DNA of 64,000 nt from Octopus sinensis (lineage: Eukaryota). The stretch is from the NCBI RefSeq assembly GCF_006345805.1, contig NC_042998.1, forward strand, positions 25,916,001-25,980,000. Reading direction: 5' to 3'. Positions 1-12,668 of this stretch are shown here, piece by piece. Every line of letters starts with the position of its first letter. Position 1 is the stretch's first letter. The notes beneath the pieces were generated by a model. The model made no database searches. It worked only from the letters and a program-made list of their open reading frames with translations, and was not told the origin of the DNA. Made by a program: the position numbers and the translations under genes.

Positions 1-515
1 CTATACTTCCCAAACACTATATTAATAACTTGAATTTCAAATGATTCCTTGTGATTTGAAATTCTTATTCCCTGTAGTCACTAATTCCTTTTTCAAAGAC
101 AATAATGTAAATCCGTATGTATACATGCATCTGTGCACATGTGTCTATGACTATACTCATGTGTGTATTTGTGTACATATATATATATATAAATATATAA
201 GTTATGGGGTGTATGTAAACCACATAGATAAAATTTTATTTTAGTGAAATGGGATTATTTGTAAAAAAAAAAATCTCAGATAAACGTCGTTGAAAAGTAT
301 ATCATAAACAACAGAATCCCAGTTAGCTTTAACCATTAATGTTTATCTTGCAATACAGAATCATAAGATTCTTAACATTATATATATGCGTGTATATCTA
401 CATGTATGTATGTATGTATGTGTGTATATATATTTATATAGATATATGTGTGTGTGTGTGTGTCTGTTGTGCATATAAAAATATATACGTATATATATAC
501 ATATATATATATAAA

Positions 516-561
<46 letters not shown>

Positions 562-1000
562 TCCTTGTGTTCTTCCTATTCAACCCTTGATTTATAATGT
601 GTATATATATATATATTATATATATATATATATATGTATGTTCTTCAATGAGTGAAGTATTCTTGATATTTAATCTCCAAGACTTCTAGCAGATAATTTT
701 AGAAAACCATCAAGTTTTAGTTCCCATGAAACTGTTAGTAATGAAAAGATTCCAACAAATTTTTAACTTAAGATTAAAATCAAAACTGAAAGAGATTATG
801 TTATATCCACATGTTTGCAGTTCTCGCTGTATATCCATATGTTAGTAAAGTTCAATAAATTTATATTACAACAAAGCATCCATTGTTTGCCCTATTTTAA
901 GCATGGCTGCTTCAATTCACTTCATCTTGTAACTGTTACTGCTATTCATGTCAAAGAAATTAAGATCCAAGAACAATATAGAAAATCCTTATTATTTTAA

Positions 1001-1222
1001 CACTTTACCATTCAGATTACTTTATCAAATGTAATGCTTATTCATCCACATTGTTTTGAATTAATCATGTCTTATCTTGTAGCTTTGAGATTTCAATGAT
1101 GTGGTTGTATAATTTTAGAATGTCATTGTAGGATAAGTGTGAAAAGCCAGATATATTGATGGTTTGAACATAAAACAGATAGAATATTTAGACCAAATAT
1201 GGCTGATTTAAATGCTAAAGGT
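1001..1222. mobile_element. piggyBac-like MITE (TTAA-flanked)
   Basis: TTAA at 997-1000 and 1223-1226; degenerate TIRs CACTTTACCATT / AATGCTAAAGGT (consensus CCCTTTAGCATT); no ORF. Confidence 0.6.
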
Positions 1223-1492
1223 TTAAAGTTCAAAATTCACGTACTGAAATAATCACAACTAAGATTTTTGAAATTGTTTTAAACATCAATGGCAGTGCTC
1301 CAGCATGGCTATAACTTACTGGTGGAACCAATAAAAGACAATAAAAAAACATACTGAAATAATATGGTCGCTAAATTCTTTTTTTAATTCTTTCTTTTAC
1401 ATAATATTTTTCGGAACAGCATTTCAGAAGAGAATATATTTTCTTGCATTTCTGCAATGCGTAAAATTTCATTTGTACATAAATAACATTTC

Positions 1493-1556
<64 letters not shown>

Positions 1557-1665
1557 TATTATATAAATATATATATATATATATAATATATATATTATAT
1601 ATATGTATATATATGTGTGTGTGGGTGTGTATAAATATATATATATGTATATATATATATATTTC

Positions 1666-1870
1666 ATTTTTTGATTTGGTTTGCAAGATTCTTTATATGA
1701 GTTCGTGTGTTGAAGCATATACTGTTGTGTCTGGGGAGAGTCATTTTCTTTTTGTGCCTTATGATTTAAAACACTCACTGGTAAAATTTCCACTTGTTTC
1801 ATATTTTTATTTTCCTAAAATCTTCATTGCATCTTGCAACCTTTTCAATAGTCTTGACTCTGTCCGTTAT
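1666..1870. repeat. Unclassified interspersed repeat, copy 1 of 3
   Basis: GATTTGGTTTGCAAGATTCTTTATATGAGTTCGTGTG...GGGGAGAGTCATTTTC recurs at about 25806-25925 (internally deleted) and 63815-64000. Confidence 0.8.
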
Positions 1871-2065
1871 TTTATATATATATATATAAAATAATATGTT
1901 ACATTACTCAATAGTCAAGATAACATATTATTTTATAGATAAATTTCCTCTATTTACATAATATTGAGGTCTCTTTCTTTCTTTTGTTATCTTACCGTTT
2001 TTACCAATATATATATATATATATTTATATATGTATGTATATGTATATATGTATGTATATATTAT

Positions 2066-2430
2066 GTGGAAGTGCAATAGCCTAGTGGTTAGGGCAGCAG
2101 ACTGGTGGCTGTGGGATTACGGTTTCACTTCCCAGACCAGGCGTTGTGAGTGTTTATTGAGTGAAAACACCTAAAGCTTGATGAGGCTCTGGCAAGGGGT
2201 GGTGGCAAACCCTGCTGTACTCTTTCACCACAACTTTCGCCAGTTTCTGTTGTACCTGTATTTCAAGAGCCGGCCTTGTCACACACTGTGTCACTCTGAA
2301 TCTCCCCGGGAACTACATTAAGGGTACACATGCCTGTGGAGTGCTCAACCATTTACATGTTAATTATTTGAGCAGGATGTTCCATTGATCTGATCAACTG
2401 GAACCCTTGTCATCATAACCGACAGAGTGC
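2066..2430 (+). mobile_element. tRNA-derived SINE (Arg-like head, family C)
   Basis: Head GTGGAAGTGCAATAGCCTAGTGGTTAGGGCAGCAGAC with A/B-box-like motifs; same head at 5979, 43894 and 46500 (minus). Confidence 0.8.
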
Positions 2431-2457
2431 TACAAATATATATTATGCATATATTAC

Positions 2458-2497
<40 letters not shown>

Positions 2498-2668
2498 GCG
2501 TGTGTATATATATATATATTATATATGTATGTATATATGTATATGCATATACGTGTATATCTATATATATATATTATATATGTATATATGCCTATATATA
2601 TATATATAATATATATATATGTGTGTGTGTGTGGTGTGTGTGTGTGTGTGTGTGGTATATATATATGC

Positions 2669-2727
<59 letters not shown>

Positions 2728-2748
2728 TTATATATATGTGTGTGTATG

Positions 2749-2795
<47 letters not shown>

Positions 2796-2799
<4 letters not shown>

Positions 2800-3052
2800 G
2801 AGAAAGGACCTAATCGGCAGCATGGAATTCTTCTGCTGCATGACAACACCCACCCTCATATCGCCAATATAACCAAGGAAGCCATTCAAATGCATAGCTG
2901 GAAAGTGCTGCCACACCTGCTGCCACACCTGCTGTACACTCCTGGTTTGGCACCAACGGATTTCCACCTCTTTCAATCTCTTTCAAATGCTATGTGTGGA
3001 GTTTTGTTCAATACTGATGTAGAACTGAGAGCTTGGTTGGGTCACTTTTACA
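2796..3052 (+). mobile_element. Mariner transposase C-terminal remnant
   Basis: Translation [11 protein letters not shown]...[20 protein letters not shown] matches mariner HDNARPH and YSPDLAPSDYHLF motifs; truncated by a (TA)n tract and a SINE head. Confidence 0.85.
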
Positions 3053-3293
3053 AGTCGAATTTTACTTGCCCAAGGTGCCAAGCAGTGGGACTGAATCTGG
3101 AACCATGTGGTTGGTAAGCAAGCTACTTACCACACAGCCACTCTTACTCCTACTCATGGTAACGATTTACTGTTGGAACAATGATACAATGAAAAATCAA
3201 GTGCTTTTCCCATAGATTTATAACAGCACAATAATGGATATAAACCATCAAGCGTTTTGTCAATATCCCAGCACCTTATGAACTCAGCAAGAT

Positions 3294-3340
<47 letters not shown>

Positions 3341-3959
3341 CATAGAGTTCTGTATTAACTGGTATGTTACAATATCAAAGCTTATTCTGAGTTTCGTTTG
3401 GTAACAGATATATAATGTACCTACTAACTTGGATTATCTGCCTCTTATAATATAATCAGACCAATAAAATATGAAAAAGAATTCCTCTGAATGTTTAATG
3501 CTTCTGAATATCGTTTCTCAAATAAATCATCTAGCTTTTGCTAATCATTGCTTTTATGCTCTTCATAGTCTTAATTCTAACTGGAATTACATAAAGATAA
3601 GCAGCATGGAATTTTGTCAGCGAACAGGTCATGGTCTCAAAGCAATGAAAATATTTTGGCAAATTAAATTGAAATGTTGAAGTGAATCTAACGGTTTTTG
3701 TGTGTTTCTTAAATGGCTTTAAATACCTTCCACACTGCAATTGTCTTCGTTCCAACACATGATCTCAGATCAGGTCACTTGCTATGCAAGTACTTCTCCA
3801 TAATATATATATATATGTGTGTGTTTATACATATACATGTGTGTTTATATATGTATATATATATGTATGTATATATATATATATATGTATATATCTGTAT
3901 ATATAAATATATATATATATTAACATATATATATATCTGTATATTTATATTTGTAAGTG

Positions 3960-4245
3960 TATGTGTATGTATGTATGTATATATGTACATATGCATGTAT
4001 GTATGTATGTATGTATGTATGTATGCATGCATGTATGTATGTATGTACGTATGTATGCATGTATGTATGTACGTATGCATGCATGTATGTATGTATGTAT
4101 GTATGTATGTATGTATGTATGTATGTATGTATGTATGTATGTATGTATGTATGCATGTATGTATGTACGTATGCATGCATGTATGTATGTATGTATGTAT
4201 GTATGTATGTATGTATGTATGTATGTATGTATGAATGCATGCATG
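3960..4245. repeat. (TATG)n microsatellite
   Basis: Long TATG array with TGCA/TACG interruptions; source of the MYVC/HTYI pseudo-ORFs. Confidence 0.95.
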
Positions 4246-5978
4246 TTTGTGTTTCTGTCTGTATATATGTTTGATGGGCTTATTTCTGTTTCCTTCCACT
4301 AAATCCACTCACAAGGCTTTGGTTAGCCTAGGGTTGTAGTAGAAGACTGTTACCCACGGTGCCACACAATGTGACTGAACCGAAAACCATATGATTTGGA
4401 AGCAAATTCCTTAACCATGTAGACATATATTCATTGGGGCTCCTTTCCAACACAGTCTTTTTGAAAATGCTGTAACACTTATACAATTAATCTGGCAACC
4501 ATGTTTTAGGAGACAAACTGAAAACCAAAATATATGTGGTACCATTTTCTTTGGTGGTGCTATTGTTACTTTAGTCTTAGCTATCTTTGATGAAGGAAAT
4601 CTATGTTTGATAGTAGTCTAGCAAATCTTTCCTTTTTGTTCATCCCAATCACAGATATTACGTAATTTGAAAGGGATAGATATGGCTGCTATTTCTAGCA
4701 AGCCAGCAGACTCATTGGTCCTATGCTTAGATTGTGATATGCACAAATGTTAAATGCTAAGCTGAAGATAATTTAAAGCATATTATATTAATTCAAAATT
4801 GGGTAAAATTAAGACTGATTTGTGGATCGAGATCAATATTGTAAAAGACATTAAAAATTCAGTGAATGTTGAACAACAATTGAGTATATGAGATCTGCTT
4901 CGTTTTTATTGTTTAATTTTGTTTTTGTTTTTTGTATCTTTATTTTTATATGTTTTTGCTTTTTTTAGTTGCAATGTCACTAATAATTAACAAACACATA
5001 ATTTATAAACATCTTTGATGTATTTTTGTTTGGTTAAAAGTCATAATTCTTTTTGATTAAAAAGTGTTTCTTTAATATTTAATACCAAAAGTGCCTTTCT
5101 TCTTTTTCATATTGACACTTTACAATGAAAAATGTTACCAGAATAAATTTCAGATGGTGTGAGATTTCAAACAATGTGCTTCTTCGTTGTGAGGTAGCAG
5201 TTAAAGCTATTTATTTCCTACCATAATGCTCTAATTTCAGAAACACACATAAATGCATGTATATTTTATTACTTTCTTGTTTTAGTGGTTTCATTCATTG
5301 GATAGCAGCCATGCTGGTGCAATGCCTTCAATGAGGTTTAATCAATCAAATCTACCCCAATACTAGCCTGGTATTTATTTTATTGAACCCTATTTATCAG
5401 ATACCTCAGTTACCATTTGATATAAAGGGTCTCGACTCAGTACACTCGCTGATAGTCATATACACAGACACAGACATGGACACAGCTAGATACCAACACA
5501 CATACACACATAAGCTCCTCTGTTATAGCCTGGAGGACTATAACAAATTGGAGAATCAAGCCCTAACGGACACCTACTTGCATTCCATATTCTTCACTGA
5601 ACCTATTTCCAACCTTTATTTTGCTGACTGCCTCTCTGTACATGCCATTTTTCAACTCCTGCTTTTTTTTCAGTGACAATCAAACTATAAACTGTGTTAT
5701 TCTATCAAATGCCTTCTCTGAGTCAATAAACACTAGGGAGAGAGGCTGGGCACTTCCCTTACAGTTGTCTTACTAAGACAAAAAAAAGCATCAGTGGTAT
5801 CCCAGCCTGGGATTGCATTTGATCTCAGTAGATTATTTCCTTAATCAACAGTGCTAAGGTTCTTTTTGTTGTTTTCATAACTTGGTTCGTTAATTTGATA
5901 CTTTGGTTGATTAGATTTATATTTTTCTAGAGTTTCATCTTTGTCCTTTAATGTTAATATTGTATAAAGGATTATATT

Positions 5979-6275
5979 TGGAGGCACAATAACCCAGTGG
6001 TTAGGGCAGCAGACTTATGGTCGGGGGATCGCGGTTTCGATTCCCAGACCAGGCGTTGTGTGTGTTTACTGAGTGAAAATACCTAAGAGTTCCACGAGGC
6101 TCCGACAGGAGGTGGTGGCGACCCCTGTTGTACTCTTTTGTCCCAACTCTCTCTCACTCTCTCTTCCTGTTTTTTGAATAACGCTGCAGTAGACTGGTCC
6201 AGCTGGGGGGAACACATACGCCACAGAAACCAAGAAGCCGGGCCCATGAGCCTGGCTAGGCTTGAAAAGGGCACA
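5979..6275 (+). mobile_element. tRNA-derived SINE (family C head, GGGCCCATGAGCCTGGCTAGG tail)
   Basis: Head TGGAGGCACAATAACCCAGTGGTTAGGGCAGCAGAC...TTCGATTCCCAGACC; tail shared with 6880-7120, 43894-44200 and 45885-46090. Confidence 0.8.
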
Positions 6276-6384
6276 TAAATATATAAATAAATGATTATTT
6301 ATTAAAATAAAATAGATAAATGATTATATTGTCAGTGCCACATGAGCAACATTCATTCCACTGTCACATAAGAAACACTCATGC

Positions 6385-6655
6385 CAGTGTCACGTATAAA
6401 ACGCCTGTGCCAGCTTCACATTAGGAGCACTTGTGCCAGTGCCACAGGACAGCACCCTTGCTAGTGCCAGGTGTAAAACACCCTTGCTGGTGCCAGTACA
6501 CTCTGTAAAGGGGTTAGGCTTACGAAGAGCATCCAGACATAGAAACCATTTGAAAATGGACAATTGGAACCTGAGCAGCTCTCTGCTTTGCCAGCTCCTG
6601 TCAAATAGTCCAACCCATGCCAGCATGGAAAACATGTTAGACAGTGACGATGATT
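6385..6655 (+). mobile_element. GAT-tailed RTE-like non-autonomous retroelement, degenerate
   Basis: Ends CCAACCCATGCCAGCATGGAAAACATGTTAGACAGTGACGATGAT, like copies at 30440-30682, 33405-33806 and 34867-35281. Confidence 0.65.
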
Positions 6656-6879
6656 GCTACACTAGACATTAGGTATGACAACTCTACATATAAATTAATT
6701 AATGGACTGTATGTAGAACTAAGCTGAGCCCTATTTCACTAGATATTTTCAGTATCTCATCAGGTGTACCGTATGGACCAGCTGCTTTCCCCATCTAATA
6801 ACTTTCACTCACAAGACATTAGACATCTGAGGATACAAACTAAGACATTTGCTAAAGGCACCATGTAAATAAATGTGCC

Positions 6880-7120
6880 CTTTTAAAGCCTAGCCAGGCT
6901 CATGGGCCCGGTTTCCCAGTTTCTATGGCATATGTGTTCCCCAGCTGGACGGGATGCCAGTCCATCGCAGCGTTACTCATTTTTGCCAGCTGAGTGGACT
7001 GGAGAAGCATGAAATAAAGTGTTTTGTTGAAGAGCACAACGTGTTGCCCGGTCCAGGAATCGAAACCACAATCTTCCAATCATGGTGCTGACACCCTAAC
7101 CACTAAGCCACACGTCTCCA
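6880..7120 (-). mobile_element. tRNA-derived SINE with a different head but the family C tail
   Basis: Reverse complement starts GGAGACGTGTGGCTTAGTGGTTAGGGTGTCAGCACC...TTCGATTCCTGGACC and ends with the same tail as 5979-6275. Confidence 0.75.
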
Positions 7121-7383
7121 CAAAGGTACCATGTAATGGGATGAAATATGGCAATATACGGAAGAGCAGTAAACTTTTAACAACATGCTTATGCTTGTAT
7201 GTACACAACCTTCTCAAAGATGTAACTTAACAGGACAAAAACTTTAAAAATTTCATGGAAAATGATAGTTTGTCTGCTATTAAAGTGGAGTATCATTTTC
7301 ACACATTTTCCCCTAAGTTACGTTACAGGAAATATATTGGTGGTGGATATTTTAATTAGTTTATTATCAACTAATAATTATAG

Positions 7384-7544
7384 GCATAGGAGTGGCTGTG
7401 TGGTAAGTAGCTTGCTTACCAACCACATGGTTCCGGGTTCAGTTCCACTGCGTGGCACCTTGGACAAGTATTTTCTACTATAGCCTCAGGCCGACCAGAG
7501 CCTTGTGAGTGGATTTGGCAGACGGAAACTGAAAGGAGCCCGTC

Positions 7545-7594
<50 letters not shown>

Positions 7595-7823
7595 GTGTGT
7601 ATGTTTGTGTGTCAGTGTTTGTACACCCCACCCAACATCGCTTGACAACCGATGCCGGTGTGTTGACATCCCCGAAACTTAGCAGTTCAGCAAAAGAGAC
7701 CGATAGAATAAGTACTAGGCTTACGAAGAATAAGTCCTGGGGTCGATTTGCTCAACTAAAGGCGGTGCTCCTGCATGGCCACAGTCAAATGACTGAAACA
7801 AGTAATAGAATAATAGAATGATA
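7384..7823 (+). mobile_element. tRNA-derived SINE family A with internal (TA)n(TG)n
   Basis: GGAGTGGCTGTGTGGTAAGTAGCTTGCTTACCAACCACATGGTTCCGGGTTCAG head, internal microsatellite, 3' part ending GACTGAAACAAGTAA plus short repeats; more than 15 full or partial copies in the window. Confidence 0.85.
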
Positions 7824-7899
7824 GAACCAACTTCGTTTTGTTATAGATGTTGACTATCCTCTTTAATTAATGTTAGAATACTAATATTACTTACGCTTT

Positions 7900-8308
7900 A
7901 CTCTTTTACTCTTTTACTTGTTTCAGTCATTTGACTGCGGCCATGCTGGAGCACCCCCTTTAATCGAGCAAATTGACCCCGGGACTTATTCTTTTGTAAG
8001 CCCAGTACTTATTCTATCGGTATCTTTTGCCGAACCGCTAAGTAACGGGGACATAAACACACCAGCATCGTTGTCAAGCAATGCTAGGGGGACAAACACA
8101 GACACACAAACTCACACACACACACATATATATATATACATATATACGACGGGCTTCTTTCAGTTTCCATTTACCAAATCCACTCACAAGGCTTTGGTCG
8201 GCCCGAGGCTATAGTAGAAGGTGCTTGCTTAAGGTGCCATGCAGTGGGACTGAACCCGGAACCATGTGGTTGGTTAGCAAGCTACTTACCACACAGCCAC
8301 TCCCGCAC
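7900..8308 (-). mobile_element. SINE family A, inverted relative to 7384-7823
   Basis: Full reverse-complement copy with (TACTCTTT)n tail at about 7900. Confidence 0.85.
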
Positions 8309-9680
8309 CTATATATAATCACAGAAGATTCTGCGAGTGGGTTCTCGTTACTTGTATATGTGTATTAGAGAGCTGAAACATGAACCAACACAATAACATT
8401 CAAAACGAGAAATATAATGACTAAACTATTTACTACATATTTTCTGCAACATTCTACCTACCACTAAGCAATCTCCTTCTCAGTTAAGGATGCGGAGATG
8501 GTAATTATTTCATAACAGTTTCAACAGAGATTAATTATAAAAGAAATATAACAAAGTAAAAGAAAATGGAACAAAAGAAAATAGTAGGTGGTGAATGCAA
8601 TATAGATATGGGATTTTTCCAGTGGCTAATGAAATTATCTAGCCAGGCTAGTTTCTCATATGAAAGAACTTCACTCTATGTGGCAGATTAAAGTTAGGTA
8701 CACCACAGTAATATGTTCTCTTTCCATAATAATATATGTATATTACAATAGCATGGTGCTGTCTAATGGTAGTTTAATAGATAAAGCATTGAACCAGTGA
8801 GTGGTTGATCTAATTCTCACCTCCAAAGTTTTATTCATTGTTATTCAGATATTTATCACTTGATGCCAACAATAAAAATGCTAGATATTTATTGAATGGT
8901 GAGAAGGAAGCTGAATGCAATTAGAAATTATGAAAAGGACAGGACAAGTTGGTGAAACTGGAAACTCATTTGGGAATTCTGGAATGAATGATTTAATGGA
9001 GATGTGTTTGAAAAGAAAAGTAGATAAATATTAGAAGAGAAAATATCGAAAGTTGTTTTGATAAAGAATCACAGAGTAAAATGTAGATTAAGAAAAAAAA
9101 AATGGTCATAGAAAACAAAAAAAGAACACAACAAATAATGAGCCTGACTTTCAATATACTATTTAAAGTTATTGATAGGATATAATTTTATCTTGAATTT
9201 TTAGACACTAAGATAGAGTTCATTACTAGAAATCAGTGAAAAAAAATACTAATATATGAACAGACAGGATTGTTTAGAAATTGGTTAATTGAAAGACGCC
9301 ATCTGCATGGAAAACAAGAGGTAAGCTAGTGTTAACATATTTAATGCATAGAGAATTAAAAAGCTGACACACTTATTTTTACTATATTGGTAATGGACAT
9401 AACAAATACGATAATGAATAATTCATGAAGAAAAGAGTATATTTGAGTGCTTGGCAGTAGGTATAGAAAATGTATGAAATCAATAAAATATTTGACTTAA
9501 CAAATAGATTTGATCTAAATTGCAAAGTTTTGAGAACAGGATATTAAATTGATTAATACATCATTTAAAAAAGAGACTAAACTAATAACAATATAAATAT
9601 ATGTATACATATATACATATGTGTATGTATATATGTATATATGCTTGTGTGTGTGTAGATGTATAGATAGACAAATATAC

Positions 9681-10040
9681 ATACGAGATGGTATCAAAAA
9701 GTTCCAGGAATAGTTATGTTTGATAAAAAAACAACTTGTTTACCTAAGTTTTAACATCATCTTCTTTGAAATAGTCCCCTGGCACAGCAATACACTGGTC
9801 CCAGCATTTCTGCCACTTTTGGAATTTGGCCTGGAAGTCGTTTCCCATGTGCAAGTTGAAGACCTTCTGGGATTCACCCTGGATCTTGACAACAGTGTTA
9901 AAACAGTGACCTTTGAGCTGCATTTTCCTCTTGTGGAAGAGATGGAAGTCTGCAGGTGCTAAATCTGGCAAACAGGGCAGGTGAGGAAGTGATATCATGT
10001 CGTTTTGAGGGAGAAACTCTTGAGTGAGGAGAGCTCAGTG
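9681..10040 (-). mobile_element. Mariner 3' remnant with TIR
   Basis: ORF 9744-9998 (LPHLPCLPDLAPADFHLF...WQKCWDQCIAVPGDYFKED) is a mariner C-terminus; TIR-like TACGAGATGGTATCAAAAAGTTCC at 9681. Confidence 0.85.
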
Positions 10041-10048
10041 ACAGGGTG

Positions 10049-10100
<52 letters not shown>

Positions 10101-10101
10101 T

Positions 10102-10542
10102 TCTGCTCAATACCACAGATTTGCTTGCGAGTTGTTAGACCTTAACCAGTTGAGCATGTCCCTTAGTGGCTGACAATATGTGCATCTCTGATCATGAGCA
10201 GAAGTAGTGGGGGAGCATCATAGCCATGTGTTGAGAGGATTCTTTGGGGTTTGAATAATTCACCTCAGGAAACATGGGTGTTTCATTCAACATCCTCAAA
10301 CAACCCTTATTCAGGAACCTTTTGAGCAGGATGGGCTATTCGACCAGAAGAAAATACTAACTGGGCCCCACCTGCAAGGTCATGTGCTGTATATCTTGAT
10401 ATGAGATTACCATGTCACGCACATATGGTTGTGATGCATGTGCCTAGTGCACCCTTATCAGACGGGTAGTCATGATGGGCATACTGGACTTTGTATATTT
10501 TACCCCAGTGTCACTTTGATGGCATGCACTGCTCTCTCATTC

Positions 10543-10545
<3 letters not shown>
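10102..10545 (+). mobile_element. TAA-tailed retroelement 3' fragment embedded in (TAA)n
   Basis: Flanked by (TAA)n on both sides; longer second copy at 41716-42260, also ending CTCTCA(C/T)TCAATAATAAT. Confidence 0.7.
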
Positions 10546-10575
<30 letters not shown>

Positions 10576-10576
10576 C

Positions 10577-10655
<79 letters not shown>

Positions 10656-11853
10656 TAATAACATTGAAAAATACCAATTCTTGATCTGCTAGAAATATCA
10701 ACCAATAAGCAACAGCTTAGCATCTTAAAAAATCGAAAGGACAAAAAAATATAGTTACTGAAAATATTATATAATTAAATTTCATTATTTTCAATTACCT
10801 GGGAAACATCAGGTTATTAACATATAAAGTTGATATCTCAGCTACTAGGGGGTAAGACCTGCGTAGTCTACGTTTCATGTTAGTGAGAGATCTAAAAGGC
10901 ATTTTTGAATTTCATTATTTTCTTTAACCGAGGCAGTGCTGGGTATTTCCGCCAGTATTATCTAAAAATAAGATGGTATAGTTATGACTAGAATACTTTG
11001 ATTTTTAGGTTTACTGCGATCTGAACTGATATACAGCTGCTATTTCAAACAGATCAAGCAACTGCTTTGGGGGTTTTTTTTATTGGTCCAAATTGTATGA
11101 AGTAAAAAGAACAAGATGGTACTATTAATAAGTTGCATGTCCTTTTTTTTAACACAACATACTTTTTGATTCATAAAATATAAATTACATATTTCAACTC
11201 TAACTGAAACTACTTCATAAATCAAAAAATTTAAGCAATTTTCAATGATCAATCATCTAAGTCAATAAATGACAATTTAATTTGGACTTCATTTCTCTAT
11301 TTCCTATAGGGATGTGAAAGAGCAGCATATTTTTCTTAGAGTTTTTGGTTGGATGGATGGGTTTATAATTTTAGACATTTCTAAGTGCTTACTGCACAGG
11401 TTTTATAACTGAGGGTTTTTTTTCCTATTTTCTCTTTTTTTTTTTTGTGATAACCATAATCATATAGGCAAACAACCAAACTGTCACCCATTTTCTAGCA
11501 TCTTGTATTGAACGATGTCATTCACATCCTGTAGAATATTATATGTTCAATGACACAAAACAAAGTATTTACAGGAATTAAACTGGCAAGTATGTTATTA
11601 TAGTGATAGCTTTCAATACAAACAGGTAAGAAATAAAAATAACTGTTGACTTAAATCCAGTTACATTCTCTTTGCTATACATATATATATATGTGTGTGT
11701 GTGTGTGTGGTGTGTGTGTGTGTGTGTGCGTGTATGTTTAATATATATACATATATATATATATGTTTAATATATATATATATATGTGCTTAATATGTAT
11801 ATATGTGTGTGTTTAATATATATATATATGTCTAATATATATGTTTAACATGT

Positions 11854-11903
<50 letters not shown>

Positions 11904-12668
11904 ACATATATGTTTAATACGTATATATATATATATATATACACAACATGTTAAACATATATATTAGACATATATATATTAAACACACACATATATACAT
12001 ATTAAGCACAAATATATATATATATTATACATATATATATACATATATAATATTATACACATATATATATACATATATAATATATGTTTAATACGTATAT
12101 ATATATATATATAATATATGTTTAATACGTATATATATATGATATATATATATATAATATATGTTTAATACGTATATATATATGATATATATATAGTTTA
12201 ATACGTATATATATATATATAGACATGCACACATTCATATTCATATAATATATGTATATACATATTCATATACATATTCATATATACAAAACTTTTTTTA
12301 ATCAAAACAAAAAAATTTAATAAAATATTTTTACAACTCATACAAAATACTTTTTTTTTTCAAGATGCAAAAATTCACAACAGTAGAAAATCTCAGATGC
12401 CTCTATACATCATTAAACAATATTCCATGATCAGTAAAATTTTGAAATTATAGTTACAACAAAATTATGTCAGTGTTAAGTTATGTATCAGACCAAGGGC
12501 AAAGCAAATGATTTAGGTATAAATATCACTGAAACATTAGGCAAATTGTTTATCACTGCCACTTGGCCCTGGAGTGCATATAACAGATTCCTTTCTGTTG
12601 CAAGTATTTCAGCCAAGTCACCAATCTGAGGATAGCATTTTTCCTTTCTTATATCAATGCTGGAGGTT

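Noticed and set aside
6737-6769. Minus-strand CTGATGA-GATACT-GAAA-ATATC-TA hammerhead-like core
   Set aside because: Helix II has one G-U pair, helix III does not pair and helix I has only 3 bp; a few such hits are expected by chance in a window this size.
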